A stretch of 64,000 bases of DNA from Candidatus Hodarchaeota archaeon. Lineage in GTDB: Archaea; Asgardarchaeota; Heimdallarchaeia; Hodarchaeales; Hodarchaeaceae. The translations under genes were made by a program, and so were the position numbers. The notes beneath the pieces were generated by a model. The model made no database searches. It had not been told where the DNA came from and saw nothing but the letters and a program-made list of their open reading frames with translations. This document shows, in pieces, positions 21,124 through 30,724 of this stretch. The stretch is from the NCBI GenBank assembly GCA_029856365.1, contig JAHQWW010000002.1, positions 32,001 to 96,000 on the forward strand, read 5' to 3'. The stretch's first letter is position 1, and each line of letters begins with the position of its first letter.

Positions 21124-21969
21124 ATGTATCATAATCAGATATTAAAAGAATTAATTGGCGTTATTGGCACAGGAAAAATGGGAAGTGCGCTTATTAGGGG
21201 ATTACTGAAAAAAAACCTAGTAAATTCTAATCAAATCTATGCATATGATATTATATATGAAGATCTTATGGAACTGGTGAATGAAACTGGTATAAATGCT
21301 ACATTGAATAATTTACAAATAGTTGAACGATGCAGCATCATTTTTATCTGTGTTAAACCTCAAGTATTCGAAACCACTCTTCAAAAACTCCAAACCCATT
21401 TTACAAACGATCATTTAGTGATATCGATTGTTGCAGGAGTTCCTCTAACAACAATTGAGCGATTAACTGGGAAGGCACGATGTGTTCGTATAATGCCAAA
21501 TATGCCATTCCAAGTAGGAGAAGGTGCAGCTGGTTACAGTTTAGGAACCAGAAATGACAATCGAGATTCAGAAATTGTAGAACTCGTATTTGGTTCATTA
21601 GGTAAGGTCTTTCAATTTCCTGAACATCTATTAGATGCAGTTACAGGACTCTCAGGCACGGGTCCTGCTTATGTATTCGTTTTTATTGAAGCTTTGGCAG
21701 ATGGGGGAGTTTTAGCAGGATTATCTAGGCGTGAAGCCCTTATTTTGAGTGCACAAACCGTAATGGGTGCAGCTAAACTCCTTCTGGAACAAAATGTGCA
21801 TCCAGGAGTATTGAAGGATGCTATTATGTCCCCAGGTGGCACCACGGCTTCAGCATTACAGTTAATGGAAGCGCGAGGTTTTCGTTCTATTCTAATAGAT
21901 GCTGTGGAAGCTGCAACAAAAAAATCACAATTTCTGGGTCAAAATAATCTATCGTTATCTGATCGTTGA
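21124..21969 (+). CDS. proC: Pyrroline-5-carboxylate reductase
   Basis: IGTGKMG, CVKPQ, VRIMPN, DAVTGLSGTGPAY, MSPGGTT. Confidence 0.95.
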   Translation: MYHNQILKELIGVIGTGKMGSALIRGLLKKNLVNSNQIYAYDIIYEDLMELVNETGINATLNNLQIVERCSIIFICVKPQVFETTLQKLQTHFTNDHLVISIVAGVPLTTIERLTGKARCVRIMPNMPFQVGEGAAGYSLGTRNDNRDSEIVELVFGSLGKVFQFPEHLLDAVTGLSGTGPAYVFVFIEALADGGVLAGLSRREALILSAQTVMGAAKLLLEQNVHPGVLKDAIMSPGGTTASALQLMEARGFRSILIDAVEAATKKSQFLGQNNLSLSDR

Positions 21970-22106
21970 TCGATGAATGCAACTGGATCTTTATTTGGTT
22001 CGTATTTGATTTATTTTAAGCTATCACTCACCATTGAAGGAAAAAAATTCGTGGTTACAGGTGAACGAGATGTACCTATGTATCTTTTATCTCATCCGAA
22101 TCAGTG

Positions 22107-23237
22107 TCAAATACTTCTTACTTCAATTCGTTCCAATTTTTCAATCCAAAAGGAGCCATGATAGTTGTGTGCTACAATACGGAGGCCAATCTCAGTTGAT
22201 GTCACAATTATTGATCTATCACGATAAATTTCTTCTCCACTGAAATCTACTTGGTAACCATCAGAAGCGCTTAATTGAACTATAAAATTTTCAGTTTTAG
22301 GTTGAGCACGTTCTACAATATGAAATAAGGGAACTCCAGTATAATTCTTTGGAGGAACATATGTAACATCACCAATTAATTCCGCTTCAACGGTTATTTG
22401 TAAATCATAGAAATCTGAAGGGAAGTACGTGTATGGATTAAATACATCTCCAGATACTTCCGCGGAATAGCGATTTTGAACAGCAAGGAGATAAAATACC
22501 CCGATCTCACTCACTATAATAACTATAAGTATTATTATTCTTAGAATTTGGATTTGTTTAAGCTGGCTAGGATCGCTCGGAGTCTTCCTCCAATTCAAAA
22601 CGACAGATCTATCGAAAAGTTGCCATGTGGAGATAGCAAAGAGCCCTCCAAGAAAAAAACCTGAAATAAAGCTTAAAAGTCCAATAAATCCAATAAATAG
22701 TATTGGAATTTGGGAATTGAAGAATAAAATCTGTTGAGTAATGACATTTGATAGACTAGAAAAGCCTGCGGCCACAGATAAAATAGATTTATTTTGTGTT
22801 GATAAAAACACAATGATAAAAATCTCGATAATAAGTCCTTGGGTTCCAGATAAGACCACTACTAATATTCCATGAGCACTACCACTAAAGAATTCAACAA
22901 AACCTTTTAAAATGCCCGCCATTAATGCAGTACCGACTTTTCGTTTTGCTAGGAGATAAATGAAGACTATCCAAAAAACATGTAATCCAGCCAGGATCTG
23001 CCCCCCACCAAATGGAATGCCAATTATATGGTTAATTAAATTCCCTAAGTACCCGATAAAGGTACTAAAGATCCCTCCCAACGCACTGAATAAAGCAATG
23101 ATTACCAAATCACTCGTTTCATAATAACGAATGGTTTTCTTTTTCTTCCTTACGCGATTTCCATTAATCCAAGGGATTTTTGTAGTATGAGAGGTTTCAG
23201 ACTGTTGAATTTCAGAATCTTTAACTTCATTTTCCAT
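22107..23237 (-). CDS. ECF transporter S-component (YkoE/ABC_cobalt-like) fused to a C-terminal extracellular molybdopterin-oxidoreductase-like domain
   Basis: DLVIIALFSALGG..GLHVFW..GTALMAGILKGFVE..QGLIIE (6-7 TM), then YTGVPL..SASDGY..LRIV..FWIEKL. Confidence 0.75.
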   Translation of the reverse strand: MENEVKDSEIQQSETSHTTKIPWINGNRVRKKKKTIRYYETSDLVIIALFSALGGIFSTFIGYLGNLINHIIGIPFGGGQILAGLHVFWIVFIYLLAKRKVGTALMAGILKGFVEFFSGSAHGILVVVLSGTQGLIIEIFIIVFLSTQNKSILSVAAGFSSLSNVITQQILFFNSQIPILFIGFIGLLSFISGFFLGGLFAISTWQLFDRSVVLNWRKTPSDPSQLKQIQILRIIILIVIIVSEIGVFYLLAVQNRYSAEVSGDVFNPYTYFPSDFYDLQITVEAELIGDVTYVPPKNYTGVPLFHIVERAQPKTENFIVQLSASDGYQVDFSGEEIYRDRSIIVTSTEIGLRIVAHNYHGSFWIEKLERIEVRSI

Positions 23238-23239
23238 TT

Positions 23240-24823
23240 TTATCTTTCCAAGATTCGTAAGAATTTAACATATTTCATCCATCGATACCCCGCTGAAGGC
23301 CAAATATGAAACCCTTCGCCCAATGGAGAAGTAATTTGACAGTCATCATTACTGTACGCGCCATCAGGGGCCAGAAAAACTATTCGATAGCCATCAATCC
23401 ATTCAGGCACAAAGGTCTCATTGTAAGCATATGCAAGTATCACATCACCTTGAATTATTTTCCAAGAATTATTAGGAAAGATTACTGGGTAACTAAAATT
23501 TTGGATTAATCCATCCCATGTTTCGATCTCTAAGACATGATTAGGGGTCATTCCACCCACAGTTTCCAGGAGATCACTTATTAAAACACCTCTATATTCG
23601 CCATAGGATCGCCAATTGTCATATTGATTTTGAAAACTACTTTGACCATAGATTATATCAAATTCTAATTGTAGATCAGATACAGAAATAATGTTGACAG
23701 ATTGATCTTTAATAACCTCAATATCTAAAGGGGAGGCCCTCCTTTCAAATTCTATTGGTTTAACTGACCAATTCAAATGATTATTGTTAAAGGTTATCTC
23801 AAGGTAATGATGGAACCCTCCCAATTCTTTAGATTCATGTAAAGCTGCCCCACCTCCACCAGATGTTATAAAATGTATATTTTCACGAATAGTATAATTG
23901 TAGATATGAATATGACCAGAAAGTACAATTCTGACATTATTTTGGGCAAAAATCTTTAATAGTAAATCACTTTGAGAATCATTTAAGAAATCGTGGTCTT
24001 TTGAAGCACGAGGGTCAAACAAGGGAATATGAGTAAAGATTACTTTCGGTTGTGTATAGTAAGTACTAAAAGTTTTAAAGAGAAAATCCATAGTAGACGA
24101 TGTTAAAGACCCTGTTGATGAATCAAGAGAAATAAAGAGGAAATTTCCAAATTTAAAGCAATAATTTGACTCACCAAAAAATGTTTGATATTGCATACAA
24201 GAATTTTCTGATTTTATATCATGATTTCCTGGCGTAAAGAATACAGGTGCTGTTGAATTTCTCGTTATCCGTTGAACCTCATTAAATTGGGGAACTGTGC
24301 CAAATGAAGTTATGTCACCCAAATGAACGAGAAAAGAGTATGAATAACAGTTTAATTGACGAGTTAAGCTTTTAAATTGATAGTAGAAACCTTGAGTGTC
24401 ACCTATAGCAGCTATCTTAAAAATTTCGCCCTGAATTTCATTCTTTAATACAATTTCTCTTTTTTGCTGAGGTATGGAAATAATTTTCAATGAAAGAAAT
24501 GTAGAATTATGAATAGAGTATTTTTCTTGATCTAACAGCCCATAAATTGAAAGATTTTCTGTTTGAATATTAAAAATTGAGATGTTAAGCGTTTGATTTC
24601 TTTCTATTGTTATAGAACTGAATGTCAAATTAAATCCTTGGTTCCAAATAAAAGCCTCTCCTGAGACATGATTATATTCTAATAATGTACCACCATTGAT
24701 TTTGAATGGAAAATCAGTGGAATATTCTGAATCTTCCCAGAGAAGAAATAAAAAGAAAAATGAAAGACTAAGAGAAACCCCAAGTATTATCGTAGAAATT
24801 AATCCTATTACCCTTCTATTCAC
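23240..24823 (-). CDS. Membrane-anchored calcineurin-like metallophosphoesterase fused to a molybdopterin-oxidoreductase-like domain
   Basis: N-terminal TM; GDTQ, HLGDIT, PGNHD, THIP, GHIH; C-terminal YRGVLISDLL..DG..ILAY..RIVF..RWMKYV. SD AGGAG before GTG. Confidence 0.85.
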   Translation of the reverse strand: MNRRVIGLISTIILGVSLSLSFFFLFLLWEDSEYSTDFPFKINGGTLLEYNHVSGEAFIWNQGFNLTFSSITIERNQTLNISIFNIQTENLSIYGLLDQEKYSIHNSTFLSLKIISIPQQKREIVLKNEIQGEIFKIAAIGDTQGFYYQFKSLTRQLNCYSYSFLVHLGDITSFGTVPQFNEVQRITRNSTAPVFFTPGNHDIKSENSCMQYQTFFGESNYCFKFGNFLFISLDSSTGSLTSSTMDFLFKTFSTYYTQPKVIFTHIPLFDPRASKDHDFLNDSQSDLLLKIFAQNNVRIVLSGHIHIYNYTIRENIHFITSGGGGAALHESKELGGFHHYLEITFNNNHLNWSVKPIEFERRASPLDIEVIKDQSVNIISVSDLQLEFDIIYGQSSFQNQYDNWRSYGEYRGVLISDLLETVGGMTPNHVLEIETWDGLIQNFSYPVIFPNNSWKIIQGDVILAYAYNETFVPEWIDGYRIVFLAPDGAYSNDDCQITSPLGEGFHIWPSAGYRWMKYVKFLRILER

Positions 24824-24866
24824 TTGCTATACTCCTAAATTCTTAATTTTTCTATAATTACACCAC

Positions 24867-26807
24867 CTAATTAGGAATGATAAGTATCTCTGCTATCGCG
24901 TAGACCATCCTACTTGATATAAATCCTAATCCAATCAAATGAAGGGGAGCGTGTTTCTCATCTAATAAAATACCGTTTCGTTGATAAGCAAGGATGATAG
25001 ATGTATTATATGCAATCATTTGACTGTCAAAATCTTTTGAATAACCATCTTGAGCTTTAACCTGAACTATATATCCTGTTGAAACTAAAGTGTTATTAAA
25101 ATCGTAATTAAACCCGGAGTAGTGCGTTCCACTGTCACCTCCATCAAAAATGGCAATTATAACATATAATGGAAGCCCAACAAAAGTTACATTTTTAGTA
25201 TCTTCAATAATTGTCACTGAAATTCTATGATAACGACAACCAGCTATGGACAGATATTCTTCAGCAGTTAATACGGTTGAATAGCTTGGATCTATCTGAT
25301 TTGTTAAACTAACGGTCCAATTAAGGATTGTTTCAGAGATATCAGTGATGATAATTGATTCTATTTTACTGATCCATTGATCCATTGAAAGATCTGGTGA
25401 TACTAATCTTACTGGAAATTCATCCTCGGGTAAGGGGAGATTATTTTTAACATGGGCTAAAATTAATGAATCATTTCGTGTTGTAACTGATGACGGAAGA
25501 GTCAAATTTTTTCCATCTGTTGAAAAAATTGTAACATTGTACCCTTGAGCTGCCAAAGAGTCATTGAATGTATAATGGACACTACCATCATTTCCATCAA
25601 TCATTGAGAGAACAATCCACAAAGGCATCCCTTCATAGGTATTTATTTGACCACCTTCAGAATATTGATAGCTTACATTATGAACACGATCTCCACAATA
25701 AACAGCGGAATCGAAATCATCAAGACCGATGGTTGTTTGAGAAACACCAGATAACATTATTGACCAATCTGGAATACCAGAACCAATTTTTATCGCTTCA
25801 ACATATTTTACCCAGAAATGTCCCTCTGAAATAGGCCCTCCTGAACCTAGATAACCCATTCTAAAAGGTCCACCATAATCTTTTTTCAGTGGTTCTCCAT
25901 TTTCTTCATAAATTAATGTTAATGTGAGATTTTTAGGCCCCCCATGGCCAATTTCAACTCCATTTTCATTGAAAAGGGGAACATTTCCAAAGATTTGTTT
26001 TTTAGTAAAAGTAAAGTTATAAAAATCAATAGGTACAATCTCTATGGAAAAATCAGATGTGAGATTAATAAGTAGATCTAAAGTAGCAGTCATGTTCACT
26101 CCTTTGTAATTGTACGGTCCAATGATAGCCCCTGTTGTCTTTAAATGAGATCCCGAACCCTCAACAGAAGGAAGAACTTTCAATTGAGAACGAGATAATG
26201 AAAATTTTGTATCGGGAATTTCAAATGTGATTTTTTCACTTTCTCTGATGAATTCCAGTTTATTAACCCATCTTGACCAGCGGCTACTAGAAGCTGCATT
26301 CTTATATTCTAATGATGCTGTTTTCTGTTGATCTTCCGTAGAATATTCCTCATCTGAGGGAAGAAAGACTATTCGTAATCCATCTTCCCATTTAGGAACT
26401 TTAGTACCATTGAATTCATATGCTAGAATCATTGTTCCTTGAATTTCTTCCCATTCTGACAAGGGGTAAATGTTTTCATAAGTAAAGATCTGGCTATAAT
26501 TATCTTCAGAAGTGACAATCAAAATATCACCTTCTTGAATTCCACCGACTTCTTCTGCAAAAACAGAGATAGGAACACCTCTATAAGCCCCATTATCACG
26601 CCAATTCCCAAATGAATTCTGACATTTACTTGTTCCATCAATACCTGTTAACTCGGTTATGTCTGTGAGAGTGAATTCCTCAGATTCCCCTGAGACTCCC
26701 AATACTACTAGTTCAATTTCTTGGGTTTCTTCTAGTTCGGTACAACCAGAAAGCAGTCCAATAAATAGAAGTAGAAAATAAACTATTAGAATAGACTTAA
26801 ACCTCAA
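24867..26807 (-). CDS. Lipoprotein with four tandem molybdopterin-oxidoreductase (sulfite-oxidase-fold)-like domains
   Basis: Lipobox LLSG|C. Four repeats of roughly Y-x-G-[VML]-P ... DG[YK] ... ILA[YH]-x-x-NG ... P-x-R/H-L ... W-x-x-x-[VI]. SD AGGTGA before TTG. Confidence 0.75.
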   Translation of the reverse strand: MRFKSILIVYFLLLFIGLLSGCTELEETQEIELVVLGVSGESEEFTLTDITELTGIDGTSKCQNSFGNWRDNGAYRGVPISVFAEEVGGIQEGDILIVTSEDNYSQIFTYENIYPLSEWEEIQGTMILAYEFNGTKVPKWEDGLRIVFLPSDEEYSTEDQQKTASLEYKNAASSSRWSRWVNKLEFIRESEKITFEIPDTKFSLSRSQLKVLPSVEGSGSHLKTTGAIIGPYNYKGVNMTATLDLLINLTSDFSIEIVPIDFYNFTFTKKQIFGNVPLFNENGVEIGHGGPKNLTLTLIYEENGEPLKKDYGGPFRMGYLGSGGPISEGHFWVKYVEAIKIGSGIPDWSIMLSGVSQTTIGLDDFDSAVYCGDRVHNVSYQYSEGGQINTYEGMPLWIVLSMIDGNDGSVHYTFNDSLAAQGYNVTIFSTDGKNLTLPSSVTTRNDSLILAHVKNNLPLPEDEFPVRLVSPDLSMDQWISKIESIIITDISETILNWTVSLTNQIDPSYSTVLTAEEYLSIAGCRYHRISVTIIEDTKNVTFVGLPLYVIIAIFDGGDSGTHYSGFNYDFNNTLVSTGYIVQVKAQDGYSKDFDSQMIAYNTSIILAYQRNGILLDEKHAPLHLIGLGFISSRMVYAIAEILIIPN

Positions 26808-27056
26808 ACTAGGTTCACCTATTATTTTCCTATAAAAAATAATTACCTGAAAGTAGAAATTTTAATAAGATCAGGTCGAATGGATGCTATATAACAGAAA
26901 TTTAATAACTTATTTGGTAGTTGTCAGTAATTTTCAAACTTTCAAATTTCCTTTAAATATTTAGTATGCACATTAAGTGAAAAACTCCCATTAGAAGAAT
27001 CCATTGTTATAGCTGATTGGCTTAAACTTCATTGATTGATTTGAGGATGAAGTATA

Positions 27057-27560
27057 TTGATTGATCCAAGTGAATTTATAACGTTCTTAGAGAAGAAATT
27101 TCAATATATCTGTGGTGTGCCATGCTCTTATTTTAAAGAATTTCTGGCCCATCTAGCTTCTCATGGAACAGAAACACAATTAAAACATGTTTACGCTACT
27201 AGGGAAGACGAAGCAATAGGGATAGCCTCGGGTGTAGCCTTTTCAGGAAAAAAAGCTCTTGTTTATATGCAAAATAGTGGGATTGGAAATATAGGAGACG
27301 CCTTGACCTCACTAGCCCAGTTATACAAACTACCTATGCTAATATTAATCAGCTACAGAGGTTTAGAACCTGATAACGATTTCCCTGAACATTCAATTAT
27401 GGGGGAAGTTAATGAACCTGTTTTGAAGGCATTTAAAGTTCCTTATTGGAATTTATCAGAAGACAGATGGACAATAGAGATGAAAGCAGCTATCCAAAAA
27501 ATGACAGAAACCTCATCTCCAGTGGTTTTACTTGTAAAAAAGGGAGTGTTGTGTCAATGA
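27057..27560 (+). CDS. TPP-dependent decarboxylase alpha subunit (sulfopyruvate/phosphonopyruvate decarboxylase, ComD-like)
   Basis: CGVPCS, TREDEAIGIASG, MQNSGIGN, ISYRG. Confidence 0.85.
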   Translation: MIDPSEFITFLEKKFQYICGVPCSYFKEFLAHLASHGTETQLKHVYATREDEAIGIASGVAFSGKKALVYMQNSGIGNIGDALTSLAQLYKLPMLILISYRGLEPDNDFPEHSIMGEVNEPVLKAFKVPYWNLSEDRWTIEMKAAIQKMTETSSPVVLLVKKGVLCQ

Positions 27561-28126
27561 TGAAAGGATATGAGATAATTTCCGCTTTGAGTAACCATCT
27601 TAGTGAGAATGACATAATCGTGAGTTCAAATGGGAACATCAGTAGAGAAGCTTATAATCTACTTCCTAAACCCCAAGTGTATCTCAGGGGTTCGATGGGC
27701 TTACCAATTCCTGTTGGATTGGGATTGGCATTAGCTAATCCAAACAAAAGGATCACAGTAATAACTGGAGATGGAAACTTTTTAATGGGCTTAGGTTCAG
27801 CTACGACTGCTGCGTTTTACAAACCTAAAAACTTGAAAATACTTATTCTTGACAATTTAAAATATTATACAACAGGAGGTCAGAAAACAGTTTCTTCAGT
27901 TATTGACTATGTTAAATTTCTCGAATCACTATGTATCGAATATAAATGTTCCAAAAGAGCTTCTCAAGATGAAATAGAACAAGATTTGTCTGAATTTATC
28001 AACTCAGAAGTTTTTAGTGTTCTTCACTTAACCATCAAAGAAGGTAAAAAGGATTTAATGAATATACCTGATCAACCAGAAGAAATTACTGAAAAGATGA
28101 TTCTTAGATTAACTAAATTAGCATAA
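27557..28126 (+). CDS. TPP-dependent decarboxylase beta subunit (ComE-like)
   Basis: NGNISRE, GSMGL, GDGNFLM...LDN (TPP motif), TTGGQKT. ATGA overlap with the alpha-subunit stop places the start at 27557. Confidence 0.85.
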   Translation: MMKGYEIISALSNHLSENDIIVSSNGNISREAYNLLPKPQVYLRGSMGLPIPVGLGLALANPNKRITVITGDGNFLMGLGSATTAAFYKPKNLKILILDNLKYYTTGGQKTVSSVIDYVKFLESLCIEYKCSKRASQDEIEQDLSEFINSEVFSVLHLTIKEGKKDLMNIPDQPEEITEKMILRLTKLA

Positions 28127-28210
28127 TGATTCCAGATGAGAGAAATATCTTTAAACAGGAAAATTGCAGCTATAAAAGGAAAGATGAAACAGTTAAGAGG
28201 AATGTAAGAA

Positions 28211-28483
28211 ATGACACATGATGTAAAATTAAAAGTAATAAAACAAGAAGGGCATTGCACTGCAGGACATGAAATAGGGGATGAAATATTCATTTCTTTC
28301 GAGAAAAACGAGATAAAAGGAAAAATATGTTTACATGCTTTATATTCAGTGTTACCAAAGGTGTATGCAATGGCTTATGGTGCTGAATTTCCATGGTTAG
28401 AAGATCCTGATGTGAGTACACACGCGTGTCCTGACGCCACGAATCCCTTAGTATATGAAGTGAGAAGAATCAGAAAAGATTAG
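28211..28483 (+). CDS. TIGR04076-family small Cys-containing protein
   Basis: GHCTAGHEIGDE, ICLHAL, ACPDATNP. Confidence 0.8.
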   Translation: MTHDVKLKVIKQEGHCTAGHEIGDEIFISFEKNEIKGKICLHALYSVLPKVYAMAYGAEFPWLEDPDVSTHACPDATNPLVYEVRRIRKD

Positions 28484-28498
28484 TAGTGGTGTTACTCG

Positions 28499-29692
28499 TT
28501 ATAGAACAGGTCCAGCTTTGGATTCAATAATAATTCCACGCTTTTTCAATTCATGTTCAAAAATTTCATAGGGGATATCATTCACAGGTGAAAGGATCCC
28601 TTTTTTGGTTATTTTTCCATTTCCAATTAATTGTGCACCAATACTTGCTGTATAACCTACAGTACGACTCATTGCAGTGAAACCTGTCGTTAAATCGCGT
28701 TTATCGATTAATTGATAGATAACACGAGTTTTTTCTTCATTTCTTTTTCCAACAACCTCAAGGAATAATATGGCTAGATCTCTTTCATCCGCTTTCAATT
28801 GGATATGGGGCCCAATTATCTTAGCGAGAAAACTTCTACGATCTATTTTTTTACCGTCAATGTCAATTGCTTCATTATCCAAAAGATGAAGATCCACAAG
28901 TTTTTTCCAAAATGCGCAATGACCAGGCCACCGCATAGTATATCTCCCCATTTGTTTAATTGATTTATATTGTTCAGAATGTTCTTCAATGCCGATTGAT
29001 TGGAGGTATTGGAGAGCATCACCATTTGGAAATGCCTCCAAGTTTCCAATCCCCTCAATAATAATCTCATGAATATTTTCTGGGTTAAATATCTCTCTTT
29101 CTTTTATTTCAACAACTTCTCCATTATTAATTATTTTGGCTTTACGAAAGTAAGTATACAAGACCCCTTCAAGATTCCAAGTGACTTTATAATTTAATGG
29201 ATTATTAGCAGCTTCCAGTATTGGAATCCCTGCCCCATAACTGTTTATAACTTCGATATCTCTCAATCCTTTAATTGCTTGCCCCAATAGTACAAGATCT
29301 ATTCCTGGATCTAACCCAAATTCAGGCAAAACTGTAATTCCTTTATGCTTTGCTTCTCCTGCTAACGCCCTTATTTGGGGAGTAACAGAAAGAGTATTGA
29401 TTAAATTTAGCCCAAATTTGACAGCAGATATTGCGATTCTCTCTACAAAGGAAATAGGGAGTAAATCAATAACAATATCAGGCTTTAAAGACATTAGTTG
29501 GTTGATATGATTTTGATTATGTGCATCTAAGAATTCACACTGTACTTTGGAATATTGGTTATGTTCTACTAATTGTTTTAGTACATTGATATCCTTATCT
29601 GCAGCAATAATCTCACTTACAGTATCACTATTTACAAGGTCGTGGAGTGCAACTTTGCCTTGTAAACCAACACCAAGAAGGAGAACTTTCAT
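28499..29692 (-). CDS. Saccharopine dehydrogenase / lysine 6-dehydrogenase family oxidoreductase
   Basis: MKVLLLGVGLQG Rossmann start (ATG 29692), GLDPGID, NPLNYKVTW, TMRWPGH, TAMSRTVGY. Confidence 0.88.
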   Translation of the reverse strand: MKVLLLGVGLQGKVALHDLVNSDTVSEIIAADKDINVLKQLVEHNQYSKVQCEFLDAHNQNHINQLMSLKPDIVIDLLPISFVERIAISAVKFGLNLINTLSVTPQIRALAGEAKHKGITVLPEFGLDPGIDLVLLGQAIKGLRDIEVINSYGAGIPILEAANNPLNYKVTWNLEGVLYTYFRKAKIINNGEVVEIKEREIFNPENIHEIIIEGIGNLEAFPNGDALQYLQSIGIEEHSEQYKSIKQMGRYTMRWPGHCAFWKKLVDLHLLDNEAIDIDGKKIDRRSFLAKIIGPHIQLKADERDLAILFLEVVGKRNEEKTRVIYQLIDKRDLTTGFTAMSRTVGYTASIGAQLIGNGKITKKGILSPVNDIPYEIFEHELKKRGIIIESKAGPVL

Positions 29693-29788
29693 AGGGGAGA
29701 TTTCTGAGAATTCTTTTAAAAATGATTTTTCCAAGTACTCTTAACATTTCTTCAAAGGAAAGCTTCTGTAAAAAAAATCTTAAACAGA

Positions 29789-30478
29789 ATGATCAGGGAT
29801 GAACCCATGAGAGAATCCATCAGGAAAATGATTCATTTTCTAATATTTTACCCAATATATTATTACATTTGGTTTAGTTTGCTAGGAAAAGATCTCTTAA
29901 AAAATTTACTTCTAATACTTATTATAATAATCTTTTTTGGAATAAACTTTCTAGATATTGTTATAAGACCAATGAGTGACCCCGAAGAGCTTAAAGACAG
30001 ATATACTATAATTTTATTACTCTTTTTCCTCGGTGGTCCATTAATTTTGATACTGGCGTTTTATGAAAATCTGGTAATCATTTCTCAATATCTACCACTC
30101 TATGATAATCTTCTAGTAAGCTATTTGGGAATAATATTAATGATAATAGGTGGGGTAATTATGCTGAGTAGTCGATACTATCTGAATAAGCATAGTTACG
30201 GTGGGGGATCACTATCGGAGGGCAAAGAACAAACATTACTCCCGAAGGGAATGTTTAAAATCATTAGACATCCAATCTATGCAGGAGGATTAATAGTTAC
30301 AATTGGATTGGAATTGGCTTTTCGTAGTCTGATAATATTATCTCTCCATACAGTATTTTTTTTTATAATATTTCGTGATCGAATGAAACGCGAAGAAACA
30401 GTATTACTCAACAAATTTGGAGACGAATATAGAAAGTATATCAGTAAAACGAAGAGATTAATTCCATACATCTATTAA
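29789..30478 (+). CDS. ICMT/PEMT-family membrane methyltransferase
   Basis: GMFKIIRHPIYAG, REETVLLNKFGDEYRKY..KTKRLIPYIY. Confidence 0.85.
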   Translation: MIRDEPMRESIRKMIHFLIFYPIYYYIWFSLLGKDLLKNLLLILIIIIFFGINFLDIVIRPMSDPEELKDRYTIILLLFFLGGPLILILAFYENLVIISQYLPLYDNLLVSYLGIILMIIGGVIMLSSRYYLNKHSYGGGSLSEGKEQTLLPKGMFKIIRHPIYAGGLIVTIGLELAFRSLIILSLHTVFFFIIFRDRMKREETVLLNKFGDEYRKYISKTKRLIPYIY

Positions 30479-30724
30479 ATCTATGTCTGGAGTATATCAG
30501 AAACAATTTGATTATATTTCTTCAAGTTTATTAAATTTTAAGAGTTCTTCATGGAAGTGATCGATCTCAGATAATCGATTGTCAAGCTGGGAAGAAACTG
30601 ATAGATTAAGTTTCCTAGAGTTGCTTTAAAGGTCTTTGATAATTACCATGAAATCAACTGTTAAATAGCTCAAAATACCACCGTCTACCCTGAATTCACT
30701 ATACTAATTCAAGGTGAAACTAGG

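Noticed and set aside
27446-27556. Track start for the ComE-like ORF at 27446
   Set aside because: It would overlap the alpha subunit by 115 nt; the ATGA-coupled start at 27557 fits the family length.
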